64,000 bases of DNA from Eledone cirrhosa (taxonomy: Eukaryota). The notes below the pieces were generated by a model. That model did not search any database, was not told the DNA's origin, and worked only from the letters and a program-made list of their open reading frames with translations. This document shows, piece by piece, positions 1-12,898 of this stretch (the first letter of the stretch is position 1; every line of letters starts with the position of its first letter). A program made the translations under genes and the position numbers. The stretch covers positions 314,340,001-314,404,000 of the forward strand of contig OZ024740.1 in the NCBI GenBank assembly GCA_964016885.1. Direction: 5' to 3'.

Positions 1-39
1 ATTGTCATTAGCTTTACAGTATTTAAATTCAGTATTTAA

Positions 40-154
40 GTTCAAATCCCGCCGAGGTTAACTTTACCTTTCATCCTTACGAGGTCGATAAAATAAAGTA
101 CCTGTAATGCACTGGGATAATTGTCGGCCTTGTACCAAAAGTAGAAATAATTAT
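40..154 (+). mobile_element. tRNA-derived SINE family 1 (ATT tail), 5'-truncated
   Basis: B box GTTCAAATCC, core CCTTTCATCCTTACGAGGTCGATAAAATAAAGTACC and tail GGCCTTGTACCAAAAGTAGAAATAATTATT, as in many other copies in the window. Confidence 0.85.
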
Positions 155-182
155 TACATGTTATATATACAGTATATACAGT

Positions 183-252
<70 letters not shown>

Positions 253-253
<1 letters not shown>

Positions 254-644
254 GAGGGTAATCCCAAAAGTAAGGTCTCCAAAGCGATGGGGACGTAGAG
301 AAACTGTTCGTACGGCTGTTGGCAACACTGTTGTGATTGGTGCTTCCTTCACTCCCAAACAACATGCGCGCGCTTCGCTGGGATGCTCAATCTTGGCTTG
401 GCAGCCGTTGAGAATGGAACTCCCGTTGAACGCTATCGCCAAGTGCGAAATTCGCGCAGTTATTATATAGAGGGCAATCCCAAAAGTAAGGTCTCCTTCC
501 GAGGAAAACATGCGTAAAGATCGGTGGATCACTCTGGATGCTCTCTGTATTTTGGTTCCTGAGGTTTCCCGAAGTACCATCCATAGGATTTTAACGGAAA
601 AGTTGCAATATTGGAAGGAGACCTTACTTTTGGGATTGCCCTCG
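253..644 (+). mobile_element. Non-autonomous mariner-type element (MITE) with an extra internal TIR
   Basis: 28-bp TIRs CGAGGGTAATCCCAAAAGTAAGGTCTCC (253-280) and its inverse at 617-644, flanked by TA. Transposase N-terminus remnant MELPLNAIAKCEIRAVI from 415. Third TIR at 470-496. Confidence 0.85.
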
Positions 645-730
645 TATATATAACGAAGGAGTTGTGGTAAGGAACTAGATGGACCATAACGCACCAGAGT
701 ACTCAATACTTAGGGTAGTAGAGTGGGTAA

Positions 731-942
<212 letters not shown>

Positions 943-1068
943 AGAGAATGTAACTTGGAGTTACTGTAGATTCACCCAGGTGAGCACTCGATGTTTAGGT
1001 TCACTTCAGTGTCGAGGTTTAGAGCTATACAGAGTGTATTATAGTTAAATAAGATAACAAGGACGATT

Positions 1069-1149
<81 letters not shown>

Positions 1150-1386
1150 CAAAAGGGATTTTCAATTTGTTGGTAATTCAACAAATATATAACTATAAAT
1201 GTTTATAACTTTCTTATCCAAGGAAACTTGAACCGTTAAGGTATTTTTCTTGGTTATGTCAAAATTTATAAAACACACTTCGTATTTTATCTGATGAAAG
1301 CGAACCAAAGTTTTGGTACCCTTGAAATATATATAATAGAATAAATATGGGTTTATAAATATAGTTTCCATTTATTTAATATCACC

Positions 1387-1511
<125 letters not shown>

Positions 1512-1610
1512 GTAAGAGATGTCAACATGAATGTCAACATTTTTATCTAAAGACATTTCTTTCAATCCCACCCCGCCCGTCCCTTTCAATCTAGCTTATT
1601 TCTCATTCTT

Positions 1611-1646
1611 TCTTCTGATGAAGGGCTAGCGTCCGAAACGTTAAGA
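1611..1646 (+). ncRNA. Minimal type I hammerhead ribozyme motif (Penelope/retrozyme type)
   Basis: TCTT-CTGATGA-A-GGGC(TAGC)GTCC-GAAA-CGTT-AAGA: both core boxes, stem II, palindromic stem III AACGTT, stem I TCTT/AAGA. Confidence 0.7.
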
Positions 1647-1755
1647 CCCTCTGCCTGCTATTTCAAGCGTTAACCTAATATATTCCTTCCATATACTGTA
1701 GCGATTGTATTGTTATTTCTGTTTACCATTTACACATTTACACACATACATACAT

Positions 1756-1826
<71 letters not shown>

Positions 1827-2285
1827 GAGCTGAATTCTCTGAATTCTCCTTAATGTAGAGAAAAAAATGTTGTATCATGCTGCTATTTCTAGCAACATGA
1901 AATTCAACGAGTCTATAATTCCCGCTTTTTCTAACGGCCCATTTGTGTATGGGTCATTTTAACGGCTTGATTCATTCACCGGGCAGAAGGCGATACATCT
2001 ACATCTACGTGGATTTATGTCTAGTAGGTTTGGAAAAGCTATCTGAAGAGCTTTATCTTTCCATTGGAAATTCTCCGAATTTCCAATCTTTTGATAAGCG
2101 AAACCGTCGGTCATGGCACTAGAAGAGGTAAATATTTAAATCGTATTTTAATTTATTTAAAAGATTGTTTAATGTTTACTTGTTCCGCTTATATTTACAG
2201 TTCTGGTATCTCAAATTAGTACCATAGAACAACCACTATTATAGACACCATATATATTTCCGTGGGTACTTAGTACCTACTGGAA

Positions 2286-2328
<43 letters not shown>

Positions 2329-2724
2329 ATATATATATATATCACTCAAATGGAAATCTGCAGTATAAATGTAATATATATGTAACATATTTTGTGACGT
2401 AACTCGTCAAATGTTGGGGACGAACTGTATCATCAACTCACGAGATATGAAAGTTCGTGTCAACCGCAGTTATGAGTTCAAGTATCGCCATTATTAATTT
2501 ACTCTCGAATCTCGATAATGCTGACGATCCGATTTTACGGAGGACCTCGGCAGTGTGGGGCCCGAGGACACCTGGGGTCTCGACGGTGACCGATGCGAAG
2601 AGAAAGCGGACTAACAATTCCCGGTATATGCTTATATTCCTGTCCTCTGCATTGCGAGCCACAGTACTGGGGTTTGTGGCCGAAGCAACTAAATCGGAGG
2701 CGGAGAACGTGTATTTATTTAAAA

Positions 2725-2890
2725 GTTACGGCCCTATACGTTCTGAGTTCAAATCCCGCCGAGGTTAGCTTTGCCTTTCATCCTTACGGGGTCGATAAAA
2801 TAAAGTACCAGTAACACACTGTCGTCGATTTAATCGACCTTCCCCTCCCCAAAAAGTGTTGGCCATGTGCCTAAAGCAGAAACCATTATT
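2725..2890 (+). mobile_element. SINE family 1, 5'-truncated
   Basis: B box, core and GGCCATGTGCCTAAAGCAGAAACCATTATT tail. Confidence 0.8.
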
Positions 2891-2920
2891 TAAAACATCT
2901 ATGCAATTGAATTTACTTAC

Positions 2921-3314
2921 CGGTATAGCATAACCAACACAATGACCGTTCTTGTCCTTTAATATGATATGATCCTTTCGTCTAGTTTGAGATTTTTCCA
3001 TAGAAATAGTGTATAATTGTGACACACCAGCCATAGTGCCTCTTTCAACCACTTTCTTCGAGCTTATTGGTGTCGATTGTAAACTAGATATAGAAGAATT
3101 TGTACTGTTTGATAAAGACTTGTCGCAGTACTGTTGCCTGTAAACTGTATTGTTATTTTTCTGGTTTGATAAACAATGTCTATTATTCTTGGAGTTTGGA
3201 AAGTTGGATTCACCACCTGTTGTCACTTTCTTTTGTTCGTTCTGGCATATATGATGTTTTATCCTTCCCTTCTTCAATTTAAATGGCTGTGGGTCAATAA
3301 TGCTGCTTGTTTTA
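2921..3314 (-). CDS. Host gene exon: cytoplasmic region of a Sushi-domain single-pass membrane protein
   Basis: Acceptor TTTCTTCCTCACAG, donor CCG|GTAAGT. 394 nt open frame (KTSSIIDPQPFKLKKGRIK...GYAIP). Phase-2 start matches the TM exon. Confidence 0.65.
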
Positions 3315-3559
3315 CTGTGAGGAAGAAATATAAAATAAAATACAGCGGATTATTAATTAATTACTTTTCTTTACATTTTGAGTTCAAATTCTGCAAAAGT
3401 TATTTAGAGCCTCAACGAAGCCAGGTTGACGCCCTACCTACTCTATGATTTATTGCATGAGATGGAGGTTGTCCTGATCTTGATTGCATCTATCAGTGCA
3501 CTCCTGATCATACTTTCAATACAGTATTGGAAAAACTGGGAAACTACTGTTAGCAGGTG

Positions 3560-3960
3560 CTAATTTAGTATCAGATACCCTAGAAATGAAACAAAAGAGA
3601 AGAATAAGTGGAAATAAAGAACCATTGTGGAAAAGGAGCATCGAACAAAAGATAGGATTTATAAAAAGGGTTACCAGCAGTTTTAGAAGAATTGAAACAA
3701 AGCGTGAAAGTATTAACTGCAAAAACCAGAAAATATGAAGAGTATGCAATACAACTAAAATACGATGTTTCAATGAAATTAGAAAAAGCTGTACTGTAAA
3801 ACCAGATGAAGAGGAGAGCAAAATATTTGGGGTGGGTGTAAGGGACAGATATGTTGAACATAACAGGAATGCTGAGAGGTTGAAAGGAGTGAAAAGTGAA
3901 TTGCATGGAGTAAGGCAGCAAGAGAATTTAATGAGACGTGTTAAGGTGAAAAAACAAAAC
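3560..3960 (+). mobile_element. Degenerate R4-like retrotransposon ORF fragment
   Basis: Translates to PLWKRSIEQKI...EELKQSVKVLTAKTRKYEE, similar to the pre-RT region of R4/Dong-type ORFs; frameshifted. Confidence 0.4.
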
Positions 3961-4030
3961 AAAACAGATAAAATGATTGTCAAAATGGAAGGCAAGTGGG
4001 CTTGAGGCAGTGCACGAATACTGGCTAAAG

Positions 4031-5380
4031 CAGGCATGCTAAAATGCAGCGCGCGGGCAGCATGCAGCCCTTTGCAAGCACACTTGCGGCCCGCACAAAG
4101 GATTTTACAGCGGGAGCATGTTTTATCTTCTAATATAAAATAAAAAACATTTTCGATACGATTGTTTTTTTGTTTGTTTGTTTTTTTATCAACTACTTTT
4201 AACTTCCGACGAATCACGCGCAGCTGATTAACAGTTGTAAACAGAAAACTTTCTTTCAAAATTTCAAAATTTTTTTCTTTTAAAATGGCTAGTGCTCCTC
4301 CAGCTAAGAGAGAAAAAGGAAATTGAACAAAGAAGGGCGAGTGTTTCAAGATAAGTGGGAAAACAGTTATTTTGCACAACGGTGAACGGAAAGATACACT
4401 GTTTAATTTGCAACAACTGCATCGCTACGCCAAAAGAGTACAATTTGAAAAGGCATTAGGAAACGAACCATCGATCTTACGATCAATATGAAGGCCCAAT
4501 GTGTGTCTCAAGACTCAAGGAATTGAAGGTTAACTTGACACAGCAACAGACCTGTTTTATGTAACTACAGGAAGAGAATGTCTTTCCGTTACTGCAAGCT
4601 ATGAACTCAGCCGAATGATCGCCATGAGTGGGAAATGTGACAGTGAAGGAGATTTTGTAAAACAATGCCTTGTAAAAACAGCTGAAATGGTATGTCCAGA
4701 GAAGGCACAGTTATTCAAAGACATTTGATTAACCAGGAACACTGTTGCTGAACGGATTGATGAAATGTCAGGTGATCTGAAACAACAGTTGAAGACTGTA
4801 TCATCAAGGTTTGAGCATTTTTCTATTGCTATTGATGAGACCATTGGCATCACTGGAATAGAACAGCTTGCATTCTTCATCAGGGCCAGTGACAGTGAAT
4901 TTAATATTTATGAAGAACTGATTGAACTGGTCCCCATGCATGACACTATAATAAGCCAGGACATCTTTGAGAAGGTCGAGCAGGTTCTGCATCACTATGG
5001 TTTTGATTTGAGTATACTTGCCTGCTTATCTAGTGACGGTGCTGCGAATATGGTTGGCAGACATAATGGTATTACTGCCAAATTACGAACAAAAATAGAA
5101 AACTTGCATCCAGATTCATCATTTGCACATTTTCACTGTATTATTCATCTTGCCATTCTGAGTTCAAAGCCCGCCAAGGTTTACTTTGCCTTTCATCCTC
5201 ATGGGGTCGACGAAATAAAGTACCAGTAATGCACTGGATAATTGCTGGCCTTGTGCCAAAAGTAGAAACAATTATTCATCAGCAACATTTTTGTTTTAAA
5301 ATTGCATCATGTGCATAGCTTGGTCACAAAGACAGGGAAATATATCAGAGGCTGTGCTCTCAACCGCCCTCAGTTCAGCC
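4031..5380 (+). mobile_element. hAT (Charlie/SPIN, GTF2IRD2-like) transposon, 3'-truncated and decayed
   Basis: Subterminal GCGGCCCG motifs. Transposase remnants MASAPPAKR, FSIAIDET, SSDGAANMVG, HCIIH (ORF 4765-5229). Stops and frameshifts. Confidence 0.85.
5150..5270 (+). mobile_element. SINE family 1 inserted in the hAT transposase
   Basis: 10-bp TSD ATTATTCATC at 5140-5149 and 5271-5280. Confidence 0.9.
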
Positions 5381-5430
5381 ATATATGTATGTTTTTGCAT
5401 GTAAGTTAGATTCAAACTTGCAATGATTGG

Positions 5431-5503
<73 letters not shown>

Positions 5504-5571
5504 ACAAATGGTATAATGAAAATTTAGATGGTTATATAATGGATGGTATGGTAATATGTATAGAATAGATA

Positions 5572-6340
5572 TGTAGCGAAAGTACTGGGTTGTATGAATG
5601 TAACAAGACGAGTCATGGTTTGTGTGGATAATATTTAATTAACAATGGTAGATAGTATAGTTGACATGTCAAAGAAATAGATGATAGAATGAAACAAAGT
5701 TAGTCGTTACCGTTTTGATTGCCAGGCAAACGCGGCTGGCAGAGGACGCCTGGCTAAGGCCAGCCAGGTACCGGAAGGCCAAATGAGAGGCAGAGCCAAA
5801 TGAGAGAGTGAGAACTTAAAGTTGTTAGTTTTATAGGGTTCTGACCGGAAGTTACAGAAAGGGTTCTACTTCCCGTCTAGATGTTAATCCAAACAAGGGA
5901 GACAACTGCTACATAACCTCCCGCCAGAATTTTAGAATATAAAAATCGAATTGAAATATGTAGCAAGTTGGCGAGAATGTTGTAACAGGCATGAAAATTA
6001 CGACAAAAGAATGTTTGCAAAAATCAATGATAGATATCAAGGTAGTAAAGTAAGAGAAGGGCTCAAAGTTCAAATGTACAAAGTATAGTTCACAGGTGTG
6101 CAATCACATGACAGCAGGAAAGAAAGTGTGTTCCAGAGAATTAATGCAGGTGGTCTCTGTTCTGTGGTATATCGTGAAATTTCCAACCTCCGAATGGATT
6201 TTCTCACAGGAAGAGTGCTGCAAAAATAAATTCTCTGGCTTTGGTTGTTGGTGAAGCTGTGTTGATGTATTGCTGTTACTGTTGCTGCTGCTGTTGCTGT
6301 TATATTGCTGTTGCTGTTGCTGCTGCTGTATTGCTGTTGC

Positions 6341-6372
<32 letters not shown>

Positions 6373-7750
6373 TTGCTGCTGTATTGCTGTTGCTGCTGCT
6401 GTTGCTGTTGCTGCTGCTGTATTGCTGTTGCTGTTGCTGTTGCTGCTGTATTGCTGTTGCTGCTGTATTGCTGTTGCTGTTATATTGCTGTTGCTGTTGC
6501 TGCTGCTGTTGTCTCGCTGAGTGAGCGTAAAAAAAAATTTTTTTTTAGAAAAAATGAATTGCGCAAAGTGCTAGAAATAGCAGCCGAAGTTGATGGTCGA
6601 TGTTGAGAATGCGTTGACCTGGAAGGGTCAAGAGGCCAGCGACCAAAGAAATAAGCATTCTGAATAAATGCGCAGTTTTCAACGGCAAATTTACGTAGTA
6701 AATTTTTAAACCGACAAATAGGAGAATATAGCTTAAGGCTGAAGAATCCTTGGCGAGAAACGTTATCTCTGGCGTGCGGCTATCTCTGTAAGTCGAGACA
6801 TCTCTGTGAGTCGAGAATTTGTGCTGCCTACACGTGCCAATACAAGGTTGAAAAAATAATATTTCTAACGCGCGAGAAAATGATAGTGCAATTTTGAAAG
6901 TGACAATGATGAAAAAGAAAGGCTTCACTCAGCATAATTATTGGTGTGAACTTTGGAAAAAAAACTTGAACGATGAAGAAAACGATGAACAAAAAGGCAA
7001 TGGTTCATCGAAAATAAATGTTCCTGTTGAAATGTTTTTTAAAGAATATCAAATTTCTTTTTTTTTTTGTTTTGAAAGAGTTCGTTGTAAGAAACGAGAA
7101 ACATATATATATATCGTGAAATGTTTTTTATTTTTTTTTTGTTTTGAAAGTGTTCGTTGTAAGAAACGAGAATATATATCGTGAAATGCGACAGTTAGTT
7201 GATGCGTGAGAGAAAAAGTCTGTCTGAACGCGAATTCCACATGTGCGTGTGTCCGTTTCTTTGAGTATTCTCATAGTTTGTCGATAAATTTGCTGTGTAT
7301 TCGTAATGTTACCCACACAACTCCAGAATCTGCTATCTTTTTCTTTTTTCGGGGTGACCACTTATAGCGATGAACGGCTGCGTGTTCGTATCACGTCGGG
7401 GTCACCAATGTAGCGAAAGTACTGGGTTGTATGAATGTAACAAGACGAGTCATGGTTTGTGTGGATAATATTTAATTAACAATGGTAGATAGTATAGTTG
7501 ACATGTCAAAGAAATAGATGATAGAATGAAACAAAGTTAGTCGTTACCGTTTTGATTGCCAGGCAAACGCGGCTGGCAGAGGACGCCTGGCTAAGGCCAG
7601 CCAGGCGCCGGAAGGCCAAATGAGAGGCAGAGCCAAATGAGAGAGTGAGAACTTAAAGTTGTTAGTTTTATAGGGTTCTGACCGGAAGTTACAGAAAGGG
7701 TTCTACTTCCCGTCTAGATGTTAATCCAAACAAGGGAGACAACCGCTACA
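5572..7750 (-). mobile_element. Non-autonomous LTR retrotransposon (Gypsy-like, internally deleted)
   Basis: 342-bp LTRs at 5572-5913 and 7409-7750 (TGTAGC...GCTACA, about 3 differences), 4-bp TSD GATA, PBS TGGTGACCCCGACGTGAT (tRNA-Trp), short purine-rich tract GGCGGGAGG beside the other LTR, no pol ORF. Confidence 0.9.
6260..6510. repeat. (TGC/TGT)n trinucleotide tract inside the LTR element
   Basis: Direct reading. Confidence 0.95.
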
Positions 7751-8774
7751 GATATATTGGTTATATAGTTGTTATGATAATAACAATGTTGTTAGAAGAG
7801 ATAACATGAATATAAAGAATATAAGAATATTAAGAATAGGAAGAATATATGATTTGATTTATATATAGTTTACTTCACGTGAATTAAAAGGTACAATAAA
7901 CAAGTTACCATAAGTTGCAAAGATTGACAATATTATTTTGTTGTTGATGTGTAGGCTGTTGTAGTCTGTTGTTGTTGTTGTTGGTGTGAAAACAGCGAGT
8001 TACAGATAATTGTTGTTGTTGTTGTTGTTGGAATGCGTTGTAATAGTTGTTAGACCGTGTTAGTAAAAAAGTATGGTATGTATAACTCTGAATGGTCTGT
8101 AGTAACTGAGAAATACCGTGAACTGCATACAGCGGTGAATCTTCCACATTTGTGTTCTGTATAGCAGGGTTCCAATCGCTCTGGGTGTATCTGTAGACTT
8201 CATGGGGTCTGTTGAATAGTGGTGAATCTTTACATAGCTTGTTCTGTAGTGGGGTGCTCCGATGTCTCTGTCTGTAGACCACTGGGGGTCTATTGATAGC
8301 AGTAAATCCTTACATATTAGTTGTGTATCCTAGCGCTTCGATATCTGTGTGTGTAGACCACTGGGGGTCTATTTATAGCAGTAAAGCCTTACATATTTAG
8401 TTGTATATACTATCGCTTCGATGTCTCTGTGTGGAATGGCTTGTACAGGGTCTGTATATAGCTGTCACTTCCTGTCCCCCAACCTGAAAGGACATCCCAC
8501 AAATGAACTTGTTAATACAATAAATGTGGTGACCTAAAATTTGATCTCTAGGTATCACCCAAAGTTCAAGGCGCGGGCACATTTCGCTACATATATATAT
8601 ATATATATTATTTGTTTGTTAAAATAATTAAATTAAATCAATTCAACAATAAAACAGACATATGAATAATAAGGTTGTTACCAAAGAGCCAGAAGATTGA
8701 CAAGTCGACCCTAAATATAACTAACAACTCTAGGAAAGCCATGAACGACACCACATCTTTTAAACTTTGATTTT

Positions 8775-9080
8775 GAAAGTAGATTTATAATTATTAATTT
8801 TCATCATACTTTTGTAGCTGTCTCGGAGACCTAATTGGGAGGATCATAGACGGTGGTGATCCTGGTCTGAAGTTCGATCCTGGTTAGGAGTAGGGTTCTC
8901 GGTAAGCATTTTCAGTTTTTTCTATGGGATGTAAAATAAAAACTGAAAAAGATTACATGTACCTCTTGACCAGGATTGAACCCAAGACCAGGATCTCCAC
9001 CGTCTCTATTACTTACCGCTAGGCCATTGAGACAGATACGAAAATCTACAGAAAATCCATACTTATAAACTTACTTTTGT
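8775..9080. repeat. Imperfect inverted repeat made of two convergent tRNA-like units
   Basis: 8810-8890 is similar to the reverse complement of 8963-9044. A box TGGCCTAGCGG (right arm); B boxes GTTCGATCC and GGTTCAATCC. Confidence 0.6.
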
Positions 9081-9279
9081 CAACAAAATGTTGACAAAAT
9101 GTCAACAAAAAGAGGTGTCAAGCCTCAGGAAAAAACACTAAAAATGGTTGAATAGCAGCAAATAAATGTTCAGTTTTGAACTGTTGCAAACAAATGTTCA
9201 GTTTTGAACTGTTGTACAATGTATTTGTTGCTGTTGCAAGCTGCAAGTATATGTTGCCATTTAAAAATGAATAACATAG

Positions 9280-10137
9280 ACAGGCCCATTCATTCGTACC
9301 ATGCTCGCTACTCTCGCACACCCTTCAACAAACTGGCTAGAAGACAGCAATTCCTTCTCCACTCAGATTTTCATCTTCAAGTAAAACTTAAGAGTTAACT
9401 AGGGCCACGCTGAAAAGCAAAGTTCCTGTCCCCAATCCTTTCAACCTCACCCACTACACAATCACTTTCGCCATAGCCACCAGGCAAATAAAAATTGCCT
9501 GCTCTTCCTGACAATATGAAAATGGAAGGGCTATCTTTACGATGTAGTCAGTCGTCAGCTTGATCCTTTCTACATGCGACAGCAACTGTTCGACATAGCT
9601 CCACAAGTTAGCAATGCTCAGACACTGGATGAGCGCTTGCAGAACGGTTTCGTCGCCAACTGTACATCTCAGATAGGAGATAACATAACATCAATGATAA
9701 AAATGTTTCTAACAAGTGTGTGTGTCCTTGAAATATACTCATATACACAAGGTCCGAACACAAAGGAACCAAACTCTCACTGTCACTGCCTCTATCTCTC
9801 CCGCTCTCCCCATCTCTCACTATTATGAGCGACGAGGATAGTGAGGAAAACGCACTGGAAGAGCTATTCCATCTCGCGAGGCTCACACCTGCGGGTAGCC
9901 AACTCTGTGTCGATGGTGGTGAGCAGGGAGGTGGTCCTAGGGTCAAGGACATCAAAAGTCTCAACTGCCACGGGATCGACCGCAAACTTGTCGGAGGGCG
10001 ACCGATATGTTGCTAACGACACTTCCGTACCTGTTGAGCTAATTTCTCGCCAGCAATTTTCTCCGCTAGCAGTACCAGGCCAAGGATTTCTGGAAGTTAT
10101 CTACCGGCCCAGGGTTGAAAGTTCTCCAAAAGAGGGC
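9280..10137 (-). mobile_element. Two degenerate 3' fragments of the Tx1-like LINE ORF2
   Basis: LFWRTFNPGPVDNFQKSLAWYC and the C-terminal region match ORF2 of the 45-63 kb elements. Confidence 0.8.
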
Positions 10138-10309
10138 AGCTACTACAACAACTACTACTACTAAAATGACTACTATTACTACTACAACAGCAACTACTAC
10201 TACTAATACTACCACCACTACTACTATTACCACCACCACTACTACAACTACTACTGCCACTACCACTACGATGACTACTATTACTTCTATTACTGCTATT
10301 ACTACAACT

Positions 10310-10350
<41 letters not shown>

Positions 10351-10472
10351 CACTACCACCACCACCACCACTACTACTACCACTATTACTATTACAACCA
10401 CCACTACTACTACTACTACTACAACTACTACTACTACTACTGGCACCACCACCACTACTACAACTACTACTG
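10138..10472. repeat. (ACT/ACC)n microsatellite
   Basis: Direct reading. Confidence 0.95.
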
Positions 10473-10699
10473 CGTTAAGAGGGTTGGGGGTGTTGTCAAA
10501 CTTTAATGCTTATATTCTGTGACAATGTCAAGGCCAGAGGGAAGAAATTAAAAACACAATAGGGAGGATGTCCCTAAGTAGTAGCTGAACCTGCTTAAAA
10601 CAGTAGCCAAATAGCCTTCAAATCACACTCTACTTTATTATAGAAAAAAAGGATACTTTGGATGATGTAGTCCTTGGTATGCATGCATGGCATGGTTCC

Positions 10700-10937
10700 G
10701 TAACATCCGAGGGAGTCGTAGGGACGCCGTATTCACATACAGCGTTTCTAGGGCATTGAGAAGAATAAAGAGTGAGAGAATGGAAGTGAGAAAGAGGTAC
10801 AGACTTTTTTTTATCGACCTCGAAAGGTTGAAAGGCAAAGTTGATTTAGGCGGGATTTGAACTGAGAAAGCAGAGAGATGGAACGAATACCACATAATTT
10901 TATCCGATGTTCTAACGACTCCGCCAATTCGCCGCCT
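10700..10937 (-). mobile_element. SINE family 3, degenerate
   Basis: Shared core ATCGACCTCGAAAGG-TGAAAGGCAAAGTTGA and tRNA-like head. Confidence 0.7.
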
Positions 10938-11289
10938 TAGTCCTTTATATTACGTCTAAAATTAAATAGGGTGGCCATGGATTCGCTCAAATAAGCTGCA
11001 ATGTGGCTAAGCAAGAGCTCCACTAACACAAGAGTATTTCTTCTTTTTATACTTTAGTGGTACTTATCATTTCTGTTATTGATGATGATAACATTGTTGT
11101 TAGCGCTCCTTAAACTGTCTATGTAGTGAATTGCTTCTTATTCGTGAAAAAACACCCACGAATGAGCGTACGTGTAAAAACTCATGCACGCACAAATACA
11201 TACATATATATACGGTCATAAGTGTTTATACATATACTATTTATAACTGTATTTTTGCATCCTTGTGTTTGCTTTGTTTCCTTTATTAA

Positions 11290-11330
<41 letters not shown>

Positions 11331-11431
11331 TGTGTGTGTGTGAGAATGTATGTATGTGTGCGCGTGTGTGTATGTGTGTGTGTGTGTGTGTGAATGTGTG
11401 TGTGTGTGAATGTGTGTGGGTGTGTGTGTGC

Positions 11432-11535
<104 letters not shown>

Positions 11536-12393
11536 AACTGTGGCAAATTCTGAACTATATTAATATGCACGTTCAATATTTAAGACCGTAAGGTGTGATT
11601 TGAGGAAGAGATAGTTGCTATTCTTAACAGGTTGATAGACCACGTCATGGGTGCAAAGGGCATACAGATAGATAATTTGATGGTGCAGATGCTGTAGTAA
11701 AGATCGAAGAGACGGAGAGAGTAAACAGCTCTCTGTGAGCTAATATTGGAGGATTGAAACTTTGCCAATCAATAGAATGGTGCCAATAGTCAGTATGACT
11801 GAGCTGGGCAGTTGGGTAAGCTCCTGCTGGCCTACAAAATGACTCAAATAGGTTGTGTTTATCACCTCTGCCATTCTAACTCCCTCCCATGTGTCCCTTC
11901 GTGGCACTGGCTCCACCAAATTGGGTTGGGTGTGAAAGCGAGAGCTCAGCGCTATAACCGATGCAATGCTTGGATTGCACTATCCTAAAGTGCATATACT
12001 TGCAGCTGGACACCACTTGTGAAACCAATCGCCCGAGGAAACTTCCTTAAAATGAACTTATACCGTGATTTTCTCGATGGAGTCAGCTCAACCCACTCCT
12101 AGTGTACACCACCACAAGTACAAGTAAGTAAGTAATCAATGAGATAACCTTTTGATGTATCTAGCATCTGTACCGTCCCATATAGCACTCCAATGATGCT
12201 TTTACACTTTCTTGAATGCTAACAGCTGATCAGAACTGAAGTATTTTCTGACTGTAAAGAAGATCTCAAGAATAACCCTCTAGATGTGGGGTTGTCATTG
12301 AAAGAAACTACTGTGTTTGGAATAAATAAATCACCCTTGCCAATATTAGAAATTGATTTCTGAAACACCAGCCAACAAATACTCGACAGTAAT

Positions 12394-12898
12394 TGTTTCT
12401 ACTATAGGAACAAGGCCAGCAATTTTTTTTGTGGGTGTGGGGGGGGGTCTATTAAATCGACCCCTAGTGAATTACTGTTGCCTTATTTTATCGACTCCGT
12501 AAAGATGAAACTCAAAGCTAACCTCGGCAAGATTTGAACTCAGTTCGTAAAGGGGCGTAACTCTATGCCATAGAGCATATTGTCCGACGCTCTACCGATA
12601 CTGCCAATCTACCGCCCAATGATTTCTGATTTAGGCACAAGGCCAGCAATTTAAAGGGAAAGGGAAAGTCGATTAAATCGACCCCAGTGCGTGACTGGTA
12701 CTTTATTTTATCGACCCCGTAAGGATGAAAGGCAAAGCTAACCTCGGCAGGATTTGAACGTAAAGAGCCAAATACTGCAAAGCATTTTGTCCGACGCTCT
12801 ACCGATTCTGCCAATCCACCGTACTATCTAAAGGCTGCAACTATATGCCACAAGGCATGTTGTCCGATGGTTTACCGATACTGCCAATGCACCACCCT
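12394..12898 (-). mobile_element. Compound SINE family 1 block (two bodies plus an extra head)
   Basis: Units at 12394-12617, 12618-12822 and about 12830-12898. Whole block flanked by AATACTCGACAGTAAT / AATACTCGACAATAAT. Confidence 0.8.

Noticed and set aside
3516-4379. 287-aa hydrophobic minus-strand ORF
   Set aside because: Antisense reading across an A-rich retroelement remnant and the hAT left end
6241-6606. Poly-Cys/Leu/Ala ORFs
   Set aside because: Translations of a trinucleotide tract
7372-7407. tRNA-Trp gene
   Set aside because: Only the 3' half is present, with encoded CCA abutting an LTR, so it is a PBS
10066-10522. Poly-Thr mucin-like and poly-Val ORFs
   Set aside because: (ACT)n microsatellite next to a LINE fragment, with no splice or domain support
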